Shown here: one piece after another, positions 49,029 to 62,598 of the stretch
Layout of the letters: the number at the start of each line of letters is the position of its first letter
How positions within the stretch are numbered: position 1 is the stretch's first letter
Assembly: GCF_041956535.1 (NCBI RefSeq)
Contig: NW_027192193.1
Span: 1,312,678 to 1,376,677, forward strand
Source: Calcarisporiella thermophila CBS 279.70
Taxonomy: Eukaryota > Fungi > Calcarisporiellomycota
Length of the DNA stretch: 64,000 bases
Direction: 5' to 3'
Notes under the pieces: generated by a model
Database searches by the model: none
What the model saw: only the letters and a program-made list of their open reading frames with translations
What the model was told of the DNA's origin: nothing
Program-made: the position numbers and the translations under genes

Positions 49029-50679
49029 ATGATCCCATTCTCCTACTCTCATCTTAAACGCCCAACACGATTGCGTCGTTATTATTTGGCACTTTGCCTT
49101 TCACTTATTTTCGGCCTAATCTGCCTTGGATTTGTGTTTTACACAGATCCCATGCGGATTAGACCGTTAAACAACTCATCGGATAACACATTATTACCAA
49201 TCCATTATAATCCTTTCTTGGACGAGTATGAATATCCTCATGACTGCAATAATTTTAAGCACATATCTAAATCACAAATTCCTCGCGCCTATACCCTCCG
49301 TGGGCCGAGATTGGGACGCAAGATATTAATTTTTCATTGGCAACAACAGACATACGGAGAGCTCCCAAATTGGAGCGAGATTGAACACGAATTGTGTCCA
49401 TACCCATCGGATCTAATAGACTTTTGGGACAATTATCGAAAAACTATGTCCACTTTTGTTAATAATCTGCCCTTTTCCTTTGGCAAGCGCTGGCCTTTGG
49501 GGTACGCACCCTGTCATTTTTTCCGCTTGGATAACCAAGAGAGTGTAAAGTGTGAGAAGATTGGTATCGAGTTTGAAGTTACTACTAATTACACTAGATT
49601 CAGAGAAGCTGATATGTAAGTGCCCCACTTTATTTATCAAAAACAATTACGTGCTGATCGCTTTTTTTCAGAATATTTCTGGATTATCCGTTCTATCTCG
49701 ATACAAAAGGCAGGCCACCATTTTATCAATCAGGTCTCTTACCGCCAAAATTGGCACATCAGGTGTGGTGGGTGAGTTAAGAGAGTTTTGTTTTCATTTT
49801 AATATGTATTAGGCTCTGTTTTAACTTAATATTTGATATACATATTCATAATGCTTGTAGTATTCGTTTGGCCGTGAATCACTTGCCTACTACCCTTTCG
49901 CTTCTCAGACCAATCTCTTGAATAGGTTTGATTTATCTATCGGAGCACCCGAGCCAATGCACGACATATTTTATCCACTGTATCCGATATCAGATCTTGC
50001 ACCATATTATAAGACTATTGACTTCAATGGGATTAAACAAAAGAAAATGGCAATAGGCCCTACGTCTAATCCAGTTGTTGCGATGATGATTTCAAACTGC
50101 GAGCCAAAGAATCAGCGTAATGAGATAATGCGGGAGCTGAGCTCTCTGGTAGAAGTACACTCTTTTGGCAAATGCTTCAATAACCAAAAAATCCCCAAGA
50201 GCATTATGCAGAAATACGCAATACCCGATAACTACGATATCTTTTTTGGCGATTGGCCCGCGATAAAACGCGACGTATTTTCTCCTTACTGGTTCGCGTT
50301 TACTCCTGAGAACTCGAATTGTGTAGATTATGTCACGGAAAAGGTGTAGTCGTGACGCACACATCCTATTTTTGGATTTTGCTTATTGAATTTATTTTAG
50401 ATCTACGATGCTCTAGCAGCCAATCTAATACCAATCTATTTAGGGGCTCCCAACATACACGAGTTCGTACCGGAAAATAGTATAATTGTGGCTAGTGGTT
50501 TTGAAAATATGAAAGCATTAGTGGAGCATTTGAAGGAACTAGTGCGGGATGAGAGGAAATTGGCCAAGTACTTTGAGTGGAAAAAACGTCCGCAGACTGA
50601 ATTCTGCAAGAAATGTAATAAGAACGTTTCCATCAGAAAGGAGTGTCAATTATTAGAACGCGCAATCTGGGTTGAATAG
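49029..50679 (+). CDS. Glycosyltransferase family 10 (alpha-1,3-fucosyltransferase-like), type II membrane protein
   Basis: N-terminal TM; MISNC, VHSFGKC; GT10 motif YWFAFTPENSNCVDYVTEK|IYDALAANLIPIYLGAPNI; 4 exons. Confidence 0.9.
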
Positions 50680-52247
50680 AAAATTCAGTACATTTCGCAA
50701 AAAAATTTCAATATCTGACATATCTAGAAACAACACACTATTAAATTAGCTTGTATATAATACAAATGAGTTTACACTTAATAAAGATTAAGAATTTTTG
50801 CATAAAGCATGTGCTTGATTTTTTATGAAATTTACCATGGTATTCATTCGTTATTTTCCATTTTTTTTATTATATCTCCATGTTAACAGCACCCAAATTT
50901 GCAGCTATCAAAATAATTTGTAACATAATAATAACATAATAGAAGTCGGCATAAAATACGATGAATTCTACGTGCTAGCGTATTTATAAATACCCAATTT
51001 GCTTTTTGGATGGATAAAGGATCATCCTACCTGTAAACTTATGGAATAAATTCCCTAATACACGACAATTCTGACTGTCAGGATATCAGAGACTTAACCT
51101 GGACTCGGAGCCTCTGCTTTAGCAAAATTTTGTTAAAATTAATATTCTTTAATAACGCAATAAAATTTATATATGTGCTAACGGAACAACCGGTTGCATT
51201 CAATCCTATATATTGCAATATGTCGCTGACTGACTCGTTTTTCCATATGCGATTGTGGTTAGCTAATCTAATATACTGCTAGATGCAAGGTGTTACAGCC
51301 AATCTCGTAATTTTAATATTCTATCTGGCGTCAAACTATAATTATTTATTAAATTCAACACTATATCGAATGGTATGAGGGGCTTGGTGTTACTTTAAAG
51401 CCAGGAAATACGTACTTGATGTGGAATATAGATTTACTCAATACAGTGGGCATCTTAAGGTCGCCCAAAGCAGTCGCACCAAATATCTGGCAAAATGTAT
51501 AAGATATTCATAGGTGAATCTTACAATTTATAGTCGATGCAGCAATTCTAGATACCTTACGACTGAGCAGGCAAGTACAAGTTTAGAAATGCCTAATAAG
51601 AGGCTTCTCTTGACCTTAAAATATTTACTTTTGAATTCACTCTAAAGTCTCAGAGATCTTTTACTCTTATAGAATCACTGCAAAAACACAATAAATTCTT
51701 GCTACTCCAAAAGGAATCCACTCTTCCTGAAGACTTTGGATTGGATCTTAACTATAAAGGGAGACGTCTAGAGTCAGATATTTGAATATAAAGTGGTAAT
51801 TTTTTTTTAAATCCTCCACTATAGTTTAATAGTATCCCATTTCTGAATACTATCCACTTAAATGATAACTCAAATATATTAACAAATATTTAATAAAAAA
51901 TTATAGAGCATTAGTAAAAAGTAGAGGATTTAGAATTTTGGAATAATCTCTGTTGCCCATTCTACATGTGTCACCGTTTTTCACTTGGAGTATTAGAGTT
52001 GCATGGTAAGACAGTTTAATACACGCCATTATATATCTATTACATTTTTTAAAAAACTATTCCAGTGATTACGAAGTTGATTATCCCGAGGGCATCACCT
52101 GGCAAAAAAAAGGTTTTGTGTTTACTTAATAAACTCCCTATCAAATCATAAGCTAGTTAATTTTGTTACATAATTCGAAATAAAAGTCCAGATATAAATG
52201 CCACCATAATCACAGTAGGCATTGATATCGCTTTATTTACTACCAAA

Positions 52248-54070
52248 ATGAACCTGTTGTGGCTAATTTTTGTTGCTGCCTTGCTCGCAACTTCATTTGT
52301 CGATGCTCAAGACCTGCAAGGGGTAGAGATACTAAAGGTTATTGAAAAATATAACAATCCGAGCGAGGTACTCACATTTAAAGGACATCAAGTGCTCACA
52401 GTGAATGTCAGAAATAAGAATGAGCTTAAACAGTTATCTCGTATCGTAGAGGTAGGTCGAGAAAAATTAATTATTGACAGTTCAATTCAAAAATGCTCAG
52501 AAACCTATATTCTAGAAATATTATCTAGATACGTGGACTGAACTCAAAGTGGGAAATGTAGATATTCGTGTCCCGCCTGAATTCAAGGATGCAGTCAGAA
52601 AGGCAATAGTATCTCCCACTGTGGTGAAAATCGCCGATCTTGAACAAACCATTATTAACTCGAAAAAAGAGCCAGAAATGCAAATACAATCAACAGCTGT
52701 ACAAGAGATACCCAATATCGATTTTTTCAAAGATTACCACACGTACGATGAGTTATCCAGCTTTGTGCGCAAATTGAACAAGGATCATCCGAATATAACT
52801 GAGCTAGTGAGCGCAGGGAAAACGTATGAGGGCCGAGATATGTTTGGTTTAAGGATTAAGGGCAAAAATGCGAAAAAGAAATTTGTTTTCCACGGGGGAA
52901 TTCATGCTAGAGAATGGATCTCTCCAGTAACCATCTAATGTTTTACTGAAAATCTAACTAGTTTCACTTAATCAAGTTCAAATTACTCTAGGCCACTGTG
53001 ACATACATCACGAATGCTTTGGTTGGATTGTATGAGAAGGATCAGAAGATAAAAAATATCGTAGACAATTACGATATATATGTGGTTCCAATAATGAATG
53101 CAGATGGTTACGTTTTCACTCAACAAAATCGTATGGTAGGTAATAAAATCGTTGCATATATCAATGCGTGCCTAATTTGTCTTCGTTTAGTGGAGGAAGA
53201 ATAGGCAACCCAACCGTGGAAGTAATTGTATTGGCACAGACCTAAACCGGAATTGGGTATATAAATGAAATTTTCGCTGGCCGATTTTTCTCTCTTAACA
53301 ATACATTTGCAATAATAGAATCATCCAAGTTGGAGTGGCCCCGGTGCTTCTAGTAATCCTTGTAATGAATGTAAGCTATTAAGAGTATTTTATATATATG
53401 GTTTGTTTTGATGTTCAAGGCTATAATATTTTTTCTTAGTGTATTACGGAAGTTCGGCTGCGTCCACAACCGAAGTTAAGAATATGGCTAAATTTATTGC
53501 AGCAGCCAAGCCCGATGTCTATATAGATTTCCATTCTTATGGTCAACAGTGTAAGCTTGGGTTTTATTAATACCTTTGATAACATACTCTCTTTATTTTA
53601 TTGTATTTTGTGTAAAACTAGGGATGTGGGCTTATGCCTATAAGTGTAATGGCGTAAGTATATCATCATATTTTGAAATACATTTGTTTGCTAATTTGTG
53701 AGGTAGGCGCCCCCCAATATTAATCGAGTTGCGGCCGCCGGGAAAGCAGGTGTTAACGCTCTGAAGGCTGTGCACAATACCGTTTATGAATATGGGCCTC
53801 TTTGTACTACTCTCTATCAGGCATCGGGAGCATCAGTCGATTGGGCGAACGATGGTAAGCTGGCGCACATACAAATGTCGAATAGAAGAATTGCATTAAC
53901 TTAACTCCTATAATCTATTAGTTGCAAAAATCCCTTATTCATACACGATTGAATTGCGAGATACTGGTAGAAATGGCTTTGTTTTGCCTCGTGGACAAAT
54001 CATTCCCTCTGGCGAGGAAACACTGGCAGGAGTGATTGCCCTCCTTGAACATGTATTGAATAATTCTTAA
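52248..54070 (+). CDS. Secreted M14A zinc carboxypeptidase (prepro form), ~9 exons
   Basis: Signal peptide; [12 protein letters not shown]; WRKNRQ...GTDLNRNW; DFHSYGQ; [11 protein letters not shown]; YTIELRDTG. Confidence 0.95.
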
Positions 54071-55066
54071 CGAAATATCCATCTAGCACAACAGACATTT
54101 TCCCTATTGATAATTATCAATTTTTGATAAGTTGATAATTATAATAAGAATTTCTTTTTTTTTTTCTAGTAAGTTAAATCGTGTATTTTATGAGTTAATA
54201 GTTAAATATAAATTAATCAGGGTTAACTATCAAAAATTATGATTAGAATATTGATTTGGCTCAAATTTAGTCGGGACAAAATGAGAATTTGTGTAAAATA
54301 GATTGAACTCTCACAGCCATATTTATCGTATTGCATTAGTGCGAGGTTTAGCTATAAAAATCTAATCGGGTAAAAATTTCAACAACTCGAAGATGTAGTG
54401 ATGCCCACCTATATCACTGATGATGAAAAGGATTTTGCACAAATCTAATCCTCTCTTTACCATCTCTTTGGAATCCAATGCGACTCTTTTTTTCTTCCTG
54501 AATTCCAAAACTTTTTAATGTTTACATATAATTTTAATGAGGGGCGATCTCCTATTTTAAGAAGATTTATATATTATAAATGCATTTTTGATCGAGTTGA
54601 AATTAACTAAACTACGATGTTATAAGAAAATGGCGGGAATATTACTTATTTAGTATACAGTAGAAACACAGAAAGGCAATTGAAATAATCCTAGCTTTGT
54701 TAAATGAAAATTCGTTTCATTACAATATTAGCCCCGACATTGTCTATTCAAGGTAATAAGGGTCAAATTTGGACTTGGCAACGGAGTGGGTCCTAGCTTC
54801 AATATTCGCAATATTCTTGCAGATTAGAAAAAAAAAAATATAACACTAGGCGACAATTAAGTGTTGACCCCTCTGTCATAAATTAGTTAAGCATTTTTAT
54901 TTTCCTAGAATAAGACCAACTATAAGCTATTTTATTTATATGAACTATGGCCTTTATTATACATTATGAAAGACAAAAGTATTATAGCTAGAACTAGTTT
55001 TTACAAACATTTTAGTTTTTTGGTTAATTTACTTTCCCCGTCTTATTCTTGTTTCTTTAACTGAGT

Positions 55067-55267
55067 TCACGTTTTCGATGTCACACCTTGAGTAGGTTTT
55101 GCGCAAAATGTCGTCCAAGAATAGCAATCGTAATACGAGCTGATACAGCTCGAGGTCAGAGTGCCCCCATTTCTGCAGGCCGCTACTGGGCCACATGCTT
55201 CAACTACTCGCACAGCCCAAATCAAACCAGTGAACAGTATCAAGCTTAACAATACCACTCCACTCAT
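55067..55267 (-). CDS. Possible small secreted Cys-containing protein (66 aa)
   Basis: MSGVVLLSLILFTGLIWAVRVVEA followed by 5 Cys. The start is uncertain because the upstream in-frame region is also open. Confidence 0.35.
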   Translation of the reverse strand: MSGVVLLSLILFTGLIWAVRVVEACGPVAACRNGGTLTSSCISSYYDCYSWTTFCAKPTQGVTSKT

Positions 55268-55599
55268 TCGTGATCTCGGGAAGAAAATGCCCAAGATCAA
55301 CGACGCTGAGCATATCAGTCCAAGTACAAAATTTTCTATTTTGGCTCTTCGATTCATATTGATAGGCAAGGTTAAACTACTTAAAGGCAATATCGTATAA
55401 TTTGAATTTGCTTATATTATTTATTCATGTGAATTTGCCATGAATTTGCCTTAAGGGCAGTAGAAAATTAGCGAATGTACATTTGTCTAATAAAAAGCTG
55501 CCACGATCAATTTTTAAGAATCCAGATTCAGACTTGTTGCTGAAACATGAACCCATGTAAATACGAAAGATATTTTGTTTTTGTTACTAGGGTAGAATA

Positions 55600-57342
55600 G
55601 TAACTCCAAACTATGTTTTCCCTATGTATTGTGGATCATCATATCCTGTTGTACGGTGCTTTTATTTGGTAGAATTAAATGTGCTACGTTTCGATAATTA
55701 GAAAATATCAGGATTAACATGAAAACTCTTTTGAGCGTGCAAGCTAGCGAGCTGGCTATCTGAATCATTTTCTATTTTAAATGTAGCATCTGAAGATCTC
55801 AAGAAAATAAATGTAAATGAGGACAATGAAAAACCTAGCCTCAACTATAATTACATTGTTTAAGATTGAAATTACTCCAAACAAAATCAAACAACTACAA
55901 AAACATCAGTAATCTGGGTCGATTTAGTAAAGAGAATTTGTCGCCATTAGATGAAACTAATTAAATATATCCAAGAGATTCCAAAGAAAAAGCGCATACA
56001 TGTTTTTGTTGAGACACCACCAGGTAAGTTAATCGCATTTACTCTATCATTTTATGTCCAATTTCAATCTTATTTTCTTACTTTTATGCAATTAATTTCT
56101 TTAGCGCCATTCTTAGTAAGACATGCAAGGATTAGGTAGCCTAACAGCGAAAATAAAAATACATCAAGCGTTTCCAAAGGGCATCACTAACATCTTATTA
56201 TTTACGTAAAGCTACTGATGCTTTTAAACAGGTTTACTATATATCCAACCAAATTCTTCCTCTGGGTTGTAATGGAATTCTCAGCCTGATCCAAGTTAAC
56301 ATGAGATATTAGTTACTCGCTTAGCTATCATATTCGGAGTTCAGAATTATTGCTCTAGGATTATTGATAAAACTACTATGTCGCTTAATCTCATCCTCAC
56401 TGGAGCTAGCACTGGAAAATCGCGAAATGCTACCGAATTCTATAGATCCTCAACTCTATAAAACTAATACAATGACCAGAACAGATGATGAAATATCTGA
56501 CGATTACCGTCCAGATTACTTTTACATCTTTGATCAATTTGAGAAAATCAACGATTAGCTCAAAACACATGGACTGGAGATCGATGATAATACTATTAGC
56601 CACTTTGAACTCGACTCGAAGAGTAGACTAATTCCAATACCTATGTTACCCATCCGAAAAGCAATGATCGTTGGGGAGATTACTCGTCAATTGTGTTATT
56701 GGAATGTCTACTCAACAAAAAGTAGTAATCACTGGTTCTACCGGAGGTTTCAATCTTGATGTATTGGGGAAAAGAGAGATCAGAACGTCAGTTGTCGCGT
56801 TTACGCCAAAAGAAATATATCGTGCTTTAGATGAACAACAACGTAATTCATTTCCAGGCAAGCCTTTTCATCCTGTATTCGCAATTGAGGTGGAAGATGT
56901 TTCAAATCCATCCAAGCTAGAGGAGCTCACCGAAAAATTTAAAGGATCCCATTTTCCCGCAGATGTAGAGCTCGGATGGCTGGTTGGCCCGAAAAACAAG
57001 GAAATATATGTATTCAAAAAAGATCAAAGTGGAATAATTTGCCGCAATTCACACGGGTGGAATAAAATTAGTGGAGATGATGTATTGACAGGATTTAAGT
57101 TGGATGTTCAAATGATTGATGATGCTATATCCCAGGTTTTTATTACCTTTTTTTGACTCTTCAATTCCTATTCAATATCCTATATGATTATGGTGTAGGA
57201 AGCATCCGAATCTGATTCGTCTTCAAAAGGACTTGAAATCAAGTGTCCAAATTGTGAAGGGATTTTTGCATCTCGTTATATTTTTATTCAACACTTTGAA
57301 ATGGAACATATACGAAAAATACATAGGTGCAAAGGATGTTAA
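55600..57342 (+). pseudogene. Crinkler (CRN)-type effector pseudogene with Uma2/PD-(D/E)xK endonuclease domain and terminal C2H2 finger
   Basis: CRN header remnants VQASELAI*(W) and KKRIHVFVETPP. Uma2-like GGF...FHPVFAIEV...VELGWLV...GDDVLTGFKLD. Last exon CPNC-x12-H-x4-H. In-frame TAG at 56556 and a frameshift near 56710. The left boundary is approximate. Confidence 0.75.
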
Positions 57343-58915
57343 ACGTATTTCATTTATTAACCATGACGGTTTCATTTACATATTCCAGCTGAAACTTACA
57401 CTTAGCAGTCTCTACTTCTTCAATCCTATTTAAAAGGTGGCGGTGTAATTCACAGTATAACATATTTAGTTTATTTTATACCTTTTATAATATCTACTTA
57501 TTAAGATGGTGGACGCTTTACACCAATTGCATAATTACTTTAGCTTCAGTTACATTTACCCATCCACTTCTATAGAATTGGCAAAGGACGTTACTAAGGA
57601 TATCGACAAATAAAATGCAAGTTATTAAATTGATGGATCGCATTGTTGAGAATTTAAACAAATGTAAAGTGTAAAAGTACAAATAAACTGGAGTGTTGCA
57701 ATTTAAAGTCCTTTAGGTATTGCAAAATTTGGAGAAATGAGTAACAGGGATGTTGCCTTTTGCTAATACGAAGATTTGTGTGTTTTCTATATAAGGTTCA
57801 TTGTAGAGCTATACCAAAAAACTATAGCTTCGAGGTTGAACTAGTTGATATGTTGTGGTTTTACTATACCGTAGTATATGGTATTAACATTTGTTGGGTA
57901 CTCTACTAATCATTGCTCTATTGAACTCGATTTGACCTACCCCGTCGTAATTGATTTTAATACACACCCCTGTGCAACAGGTATTTGTGTCAAAGAAGAT
58001 TCGATCAAGAAAGAATGGGATTTGTCTACAGCAGTTTACCATTTCGATGCAAATGATAGTTTTAGAAAATATTAAGGAGAGAGTGCAAATCTTTGGAAAC
58101 CCGGATTAATGTGCTATTATAAACCTTCTACAAAATCATGCTCTACTATGTTTGAAACATGTAATTTAATGCTCATCTTAAAGTCGTTGAATTTCCTAAT
58201 AAGGATTAGGCTATGACCCATGCTACTGGATTTCAAGACGTTTATTGGTCAAGATATGGCAAGCGAAAGTTAAAGGTATGAAAAATAAAAGAAAAATATT
58301 GGATTAATATAATTATTAAAATAAGATTCAACGAAAATAACTAGATATTGGTACTAAGTTTAATAAGCTTTCGGTCTTTCGCGTAAATGTTGCTTGGCTT
58401 TGCAAGAAGAATTGTGTGTAGAGGGCCAGAAAAGTCTAAAATGAAAAAAAAGGGTAGAATTGTGGGTCACGGACTACACATTTCCTTATACGTAATGGCC
58501 AAGCCTTCTCAAATATGATTCTAGATTTTCTCCCAAGCTTTCGTGGAAATGGAAATCATTTTAATATTTATCTGTAAAATTACCAGGCAATTACATAGAG
58601 GTCAAAAGATATAAGCGTTTCGAATGAATGCAAAAAAGTGGATATTATAATAATGACAGTATATGTTGACCCCCATTGGTTTCGAGAACCCTTATCACAA
58701 ACGGCATGGTACGCTTATCAACATATTGGGCATTTCATTGTATAAAATAAAACAACAATTTGATCTAGATCTAGGCCCACCATCGAACCAGCACCTTATA
58801 AAATACTAATATAAATATTCATAGAAAATTGACGAGCATAAATTTCATAGATCGTTATTCTAGCACTATCAATTGAAGTTCATTATATCTATTTTTATTT
58901 TTTGATACAATTACT

Positions 58916-60590
58916 ATGTATGCTATTTTGCTGCTTACTACACTTATTTTGGTCAGTATGGTGCTGGCTGTTCCTGTTTCAGAGTTAAATAATTCTACTT
59001 GGACGGGATTTTATACTGAGATGGCCAAATCCTCTGATAATAATGAAACTTCTATTAAATCGTCCGAGTGGAATTGCATCCAGTTCAACAATCCGTTAAA
59101 TTTAAGAGATCGCCGTGAATGGCCATGTGTGGCATTGAAGCGACAAGAACTCGCGCGTCGTCAACAGAGCAGCGGAAATGGTAAAAATGATCTCTTCCGC
59201 ATTCGATTCCAATGCAAAGGAACCCCAAGGCAGCTTTGTAATAAAGCAGAGAGAGAACTCAACTTAGCGGGACAAATGCTTTCGGCCTCAATTAGACTCA
59301 CCCAACCTATTTCCGTGGACGCTCAATTTTTCTCCTTCGAAAAATCAGACGATCCAAATTTAAAAGGTTTCGGGGGTTTTGCGGGGCCGACCAGAATGCT
59401 GCCCATGCAAGATGATGATGGAGTAGTGAGAATGTTTCCACAATCACTCGTGAGACAAATGAATGTCCGAAATGCTCAATTTGCACGGGATGATATAGAA
59501 GCTAAATTTAACAGCGATTTCCCTTTTCGTTTCCTTGATGAAGCAGCAGATAAATCAGAAAAGGATGACTTTTTGGAAGTGGTAACTAATTGAGAGTAGA
59601 AAAATTATATAATATATATATTTTAATATCATCTTGAATATATTTTAGGCAATGCATGAACTAACTCATGGTCTCGGATTCCTTTCATTATGGGCAGATG
59701 GAGTTGCTTCAGAGAATTTTCTGACTCCAGAATTAAATGTAAAGATAAATTCAGATCAGACCGCCAATATTAACGGCTTCAGGGAATCAATCTTTGACCG
59801 ATTCATGATAACTTTGCCAGAGAAGGAGCCAATGACCAAATTTACCCAGCAATTAAACAAATTTAATGGCGGGCGCAGTTTCCGATCCCAGTCACCTGAG
59901 CAGTTCGCTTCAGTATTTGGAAGAAGCCCTCAAGGAAGAATTGCTGCTAAAATGATGCAGAAGGCTACTGGAGGCAGGAGAGGACAGGGATTGGCCTTTA
60001 AAGCATCGAAAGAAGCAGGCGGTCAACAAGTGTTACTCGAAACATCCCTTAGTCCATTCAGGAGAGGATCAAGTGTCTCACATGTTGACAAGCAATCACA
60101 TCTGAATACTAGAGATAGATTGATGAGGTTTTCCGGGGATGGTTTACCTTTCAATCAAGCAATTCGTCGCTTTGGAAATCCCATTGGACCCGAATTGACA
60201 GCGGTTCTCAATACAATTGGGTATACTGTAGAGCCTGCGAGTAATCAAACTATCGTCAACATGTTGGAAAAGGCAAGGAGTGAAGTAACGGGAGGAAGGA
60301 ACAGGCAAGACGGAAATGACAACTCTAATGATACAGGTACCAGAACCAACAGTGGTGTCAAAAATATTAATAGGAAAAATTCAGGCAGAAGAGATGGTAG
60401 CAGGAGGAATTCAAACACGAGAAATCCTCGAAGGAATAGAACTAACCTTCAAAGCACGAAGAGTTCTAGTATTGACAACAAAGGCTCTGAAATCAACTCG
60501 AGTAAAGGAAATATCGATAAGAATAACTCTTGCACTAGGAAAGACAGAAATAGCGATATAGGAGCTAATGAAAACCAAAATAGCATATAG
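58916..60590 (+). CDS. Secreted zinc metalloprotease (HExxH), with Asn/Arg-rich low-complexity tail
   Basis: Signal peptide; one intron (59582-59648); HELTHGLGF; LETSLSPFRRGSSVSHVD...LM...PIGP. Confidence 0.85.
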
Positions 60591-61189
60591 ATTCAGGTGC
60601 GAAAAAAGGGAAGAGGAGAAATAACTATGCTAGACTAAATGGGATGCAAGCTCAATTTGATTGAAATGCAATATTAAAGTAGCATCCAATACAATATTAA
60701 GCCATTATTGAGATTATTAGTGTTATGTAATATATACAATAGAATAGCAAGCTAAATATTTTAGTTGAAAAGAGCATGCATTGCTTATCTTATTTCAGTT
60801 TACTTTTTAGTATTGTAAATGATAACAGAGAAACAAACCGTAGGTTTCATTGATAGTTCGCACTTCATGGCGAGGCCAGTTCCTTGAATAAAATGAACTG
60901 GGATCTAAATCTTAGACAAGATTTACGTTTTTACTTTTAGCGAAGCAACATTAAATTTTAATATTTCAGTACAATAGTGCTTGCCCTCGGTGCTAAATCA
61001 TGAGATCATTTCGAGCATTTTGTTGCATTCTTCTGCTCGCTGAAGTCATGGCCATTTGAAAAAGGATAGCTTATAAAATTTTGAAAATTTTATGTATCAA
61101 CGATATACAGTTTCTAAATCTCCATCTAAGTTTAGAGCATGCTAAAGGATGAGAGATTACCAATTGTGTGATTGCAGTATCTTGGTATC

Positions 61190-62008
61190 CTAAACCATGG
61201 CAGCGGCTATATCCAACCAATGTGTCTGTGTCACTAGAGTCCAACACGATGCCGGAGTGAGTTCGGGCGCACGCTTCAAGCTGCAATCGAGACATTTACT
61301 CTTGCCTTGGATGTATATGTTGGTGCCGATCGCTTTCCCTAGTTCCACATTTATTGTAGATATTTTTGTTACGCTCACATATCATCAAAGGTCAACCCGT
61401 TTACAGACCACGCGTCGGGGTGCTTTATGTCCACTCACAGAGTGATATCCCCGCACACATGGCTGACAAATTGGGTCAGGGAGACAATAATCTCCAGCCA
61501 TAAAGGTTCTGCTCCGGCAAAGTCCCTTCCATAGAAGTGCAAACTTATCCTGGCCAATGGTCACCATTAAATCTCCAGACTCATATTCCATGCCGAGTTC
61601 TGTGTCAAATAGGGTGGCCTAGTGCCTTCAGCTGACTTTAGCTCAATTACAGCGGTTAGGGACGCGCAGTGAAGTTTTCCGCCCTGAACCTCAATGTGGC
61701 TGGTGGCGGATGTTCAGTTTTCAGATGCAATCTTCGCTCGAAATGACCTCTTCTTAAATTGTACGACATTGCTGACAGCGGGTACTGGCAGCAGGTACCT
61801 CTACCCTAACTTGTGCATCCTACTCGCTGGACTTCTCATCCTCTTCGCTTTGCCAAGGCTGCAGTTCTTCAATGTAATCTCGGATCCACTTCTGCAGTTG
61901 TTTCTCTAATGGGTCGAAGATAACTTCATAATCAATAGTCCGAGTGGATGTATTCGTGGGTGGGTTGTGTTTCCCAGGAGCTGGATTACTTTGTCGACCC
62001 GAAGCCAA
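61190..62008 (-). pseudogene. Degenerate coding relic of unknown family
   Basis: GC-richer island with co-linear ORF fragments (61820-62008, 61385-61591, 61190-61378) separated by stops. No family was recognised. Confidence 0.3.
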
Positions 62009-62598
62009 CTGTATATATTTGATTTATGTCATTGTTTAAAAAGCTAGCATTTAATTGTTAAATAATAGTTTAGACTAGGTGGTTTTAATTACTGCAACAC
62101 TATCGTAGTTAATACTAAGAAGCAGCCGCACACCCTTTTAAATATAGCAATGTAAGGAAAGGAAATAAGAAATATTGCATATTAAATGGTACAAAGTGGA
62201 CTCCCCTAGTGTACTGCGATCATCACTACAAATATAAGCATGTGACTTTAGCTTGATATTCTGAAAACCGGTAGGTTTTTGCCTGAAGCACTGATTGCTA
62301 CTCATCTCACTATAAGTGGCGATAATATCGTAAGCTTGAAGATGTAATAAATGAATATGATAGCATTATCATTATAAAATTCAACTTAAATATTCTCTTT
62401 ATTTTCGATTCCTTTTTTACAAAATAGAATATGATCATACTCTGAAAGCCATGATAACGTGTTAAAATAAGAGATAATCGGAAAATAAACTTATACATAT
62501 TTATTAGCAAATAAAGGAAACATACATCCTAACACTTATATATGCTTTAAATAACATGAACCACCAGATTCTTACTAAGTTCATTTCAAATGCTCCTG

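Noticed and set aside
47437-54070. Repeat peptide plus M14 carboxypeptidase as a peptide-maturation cluster
   Set aside because: The S1' position reads SVDW (hydrophobic, CPA-like) rather than the Asp of CPB, so it should not trim Arg left by Kex2. No DUF3328 or other RiPP enzyme is present.
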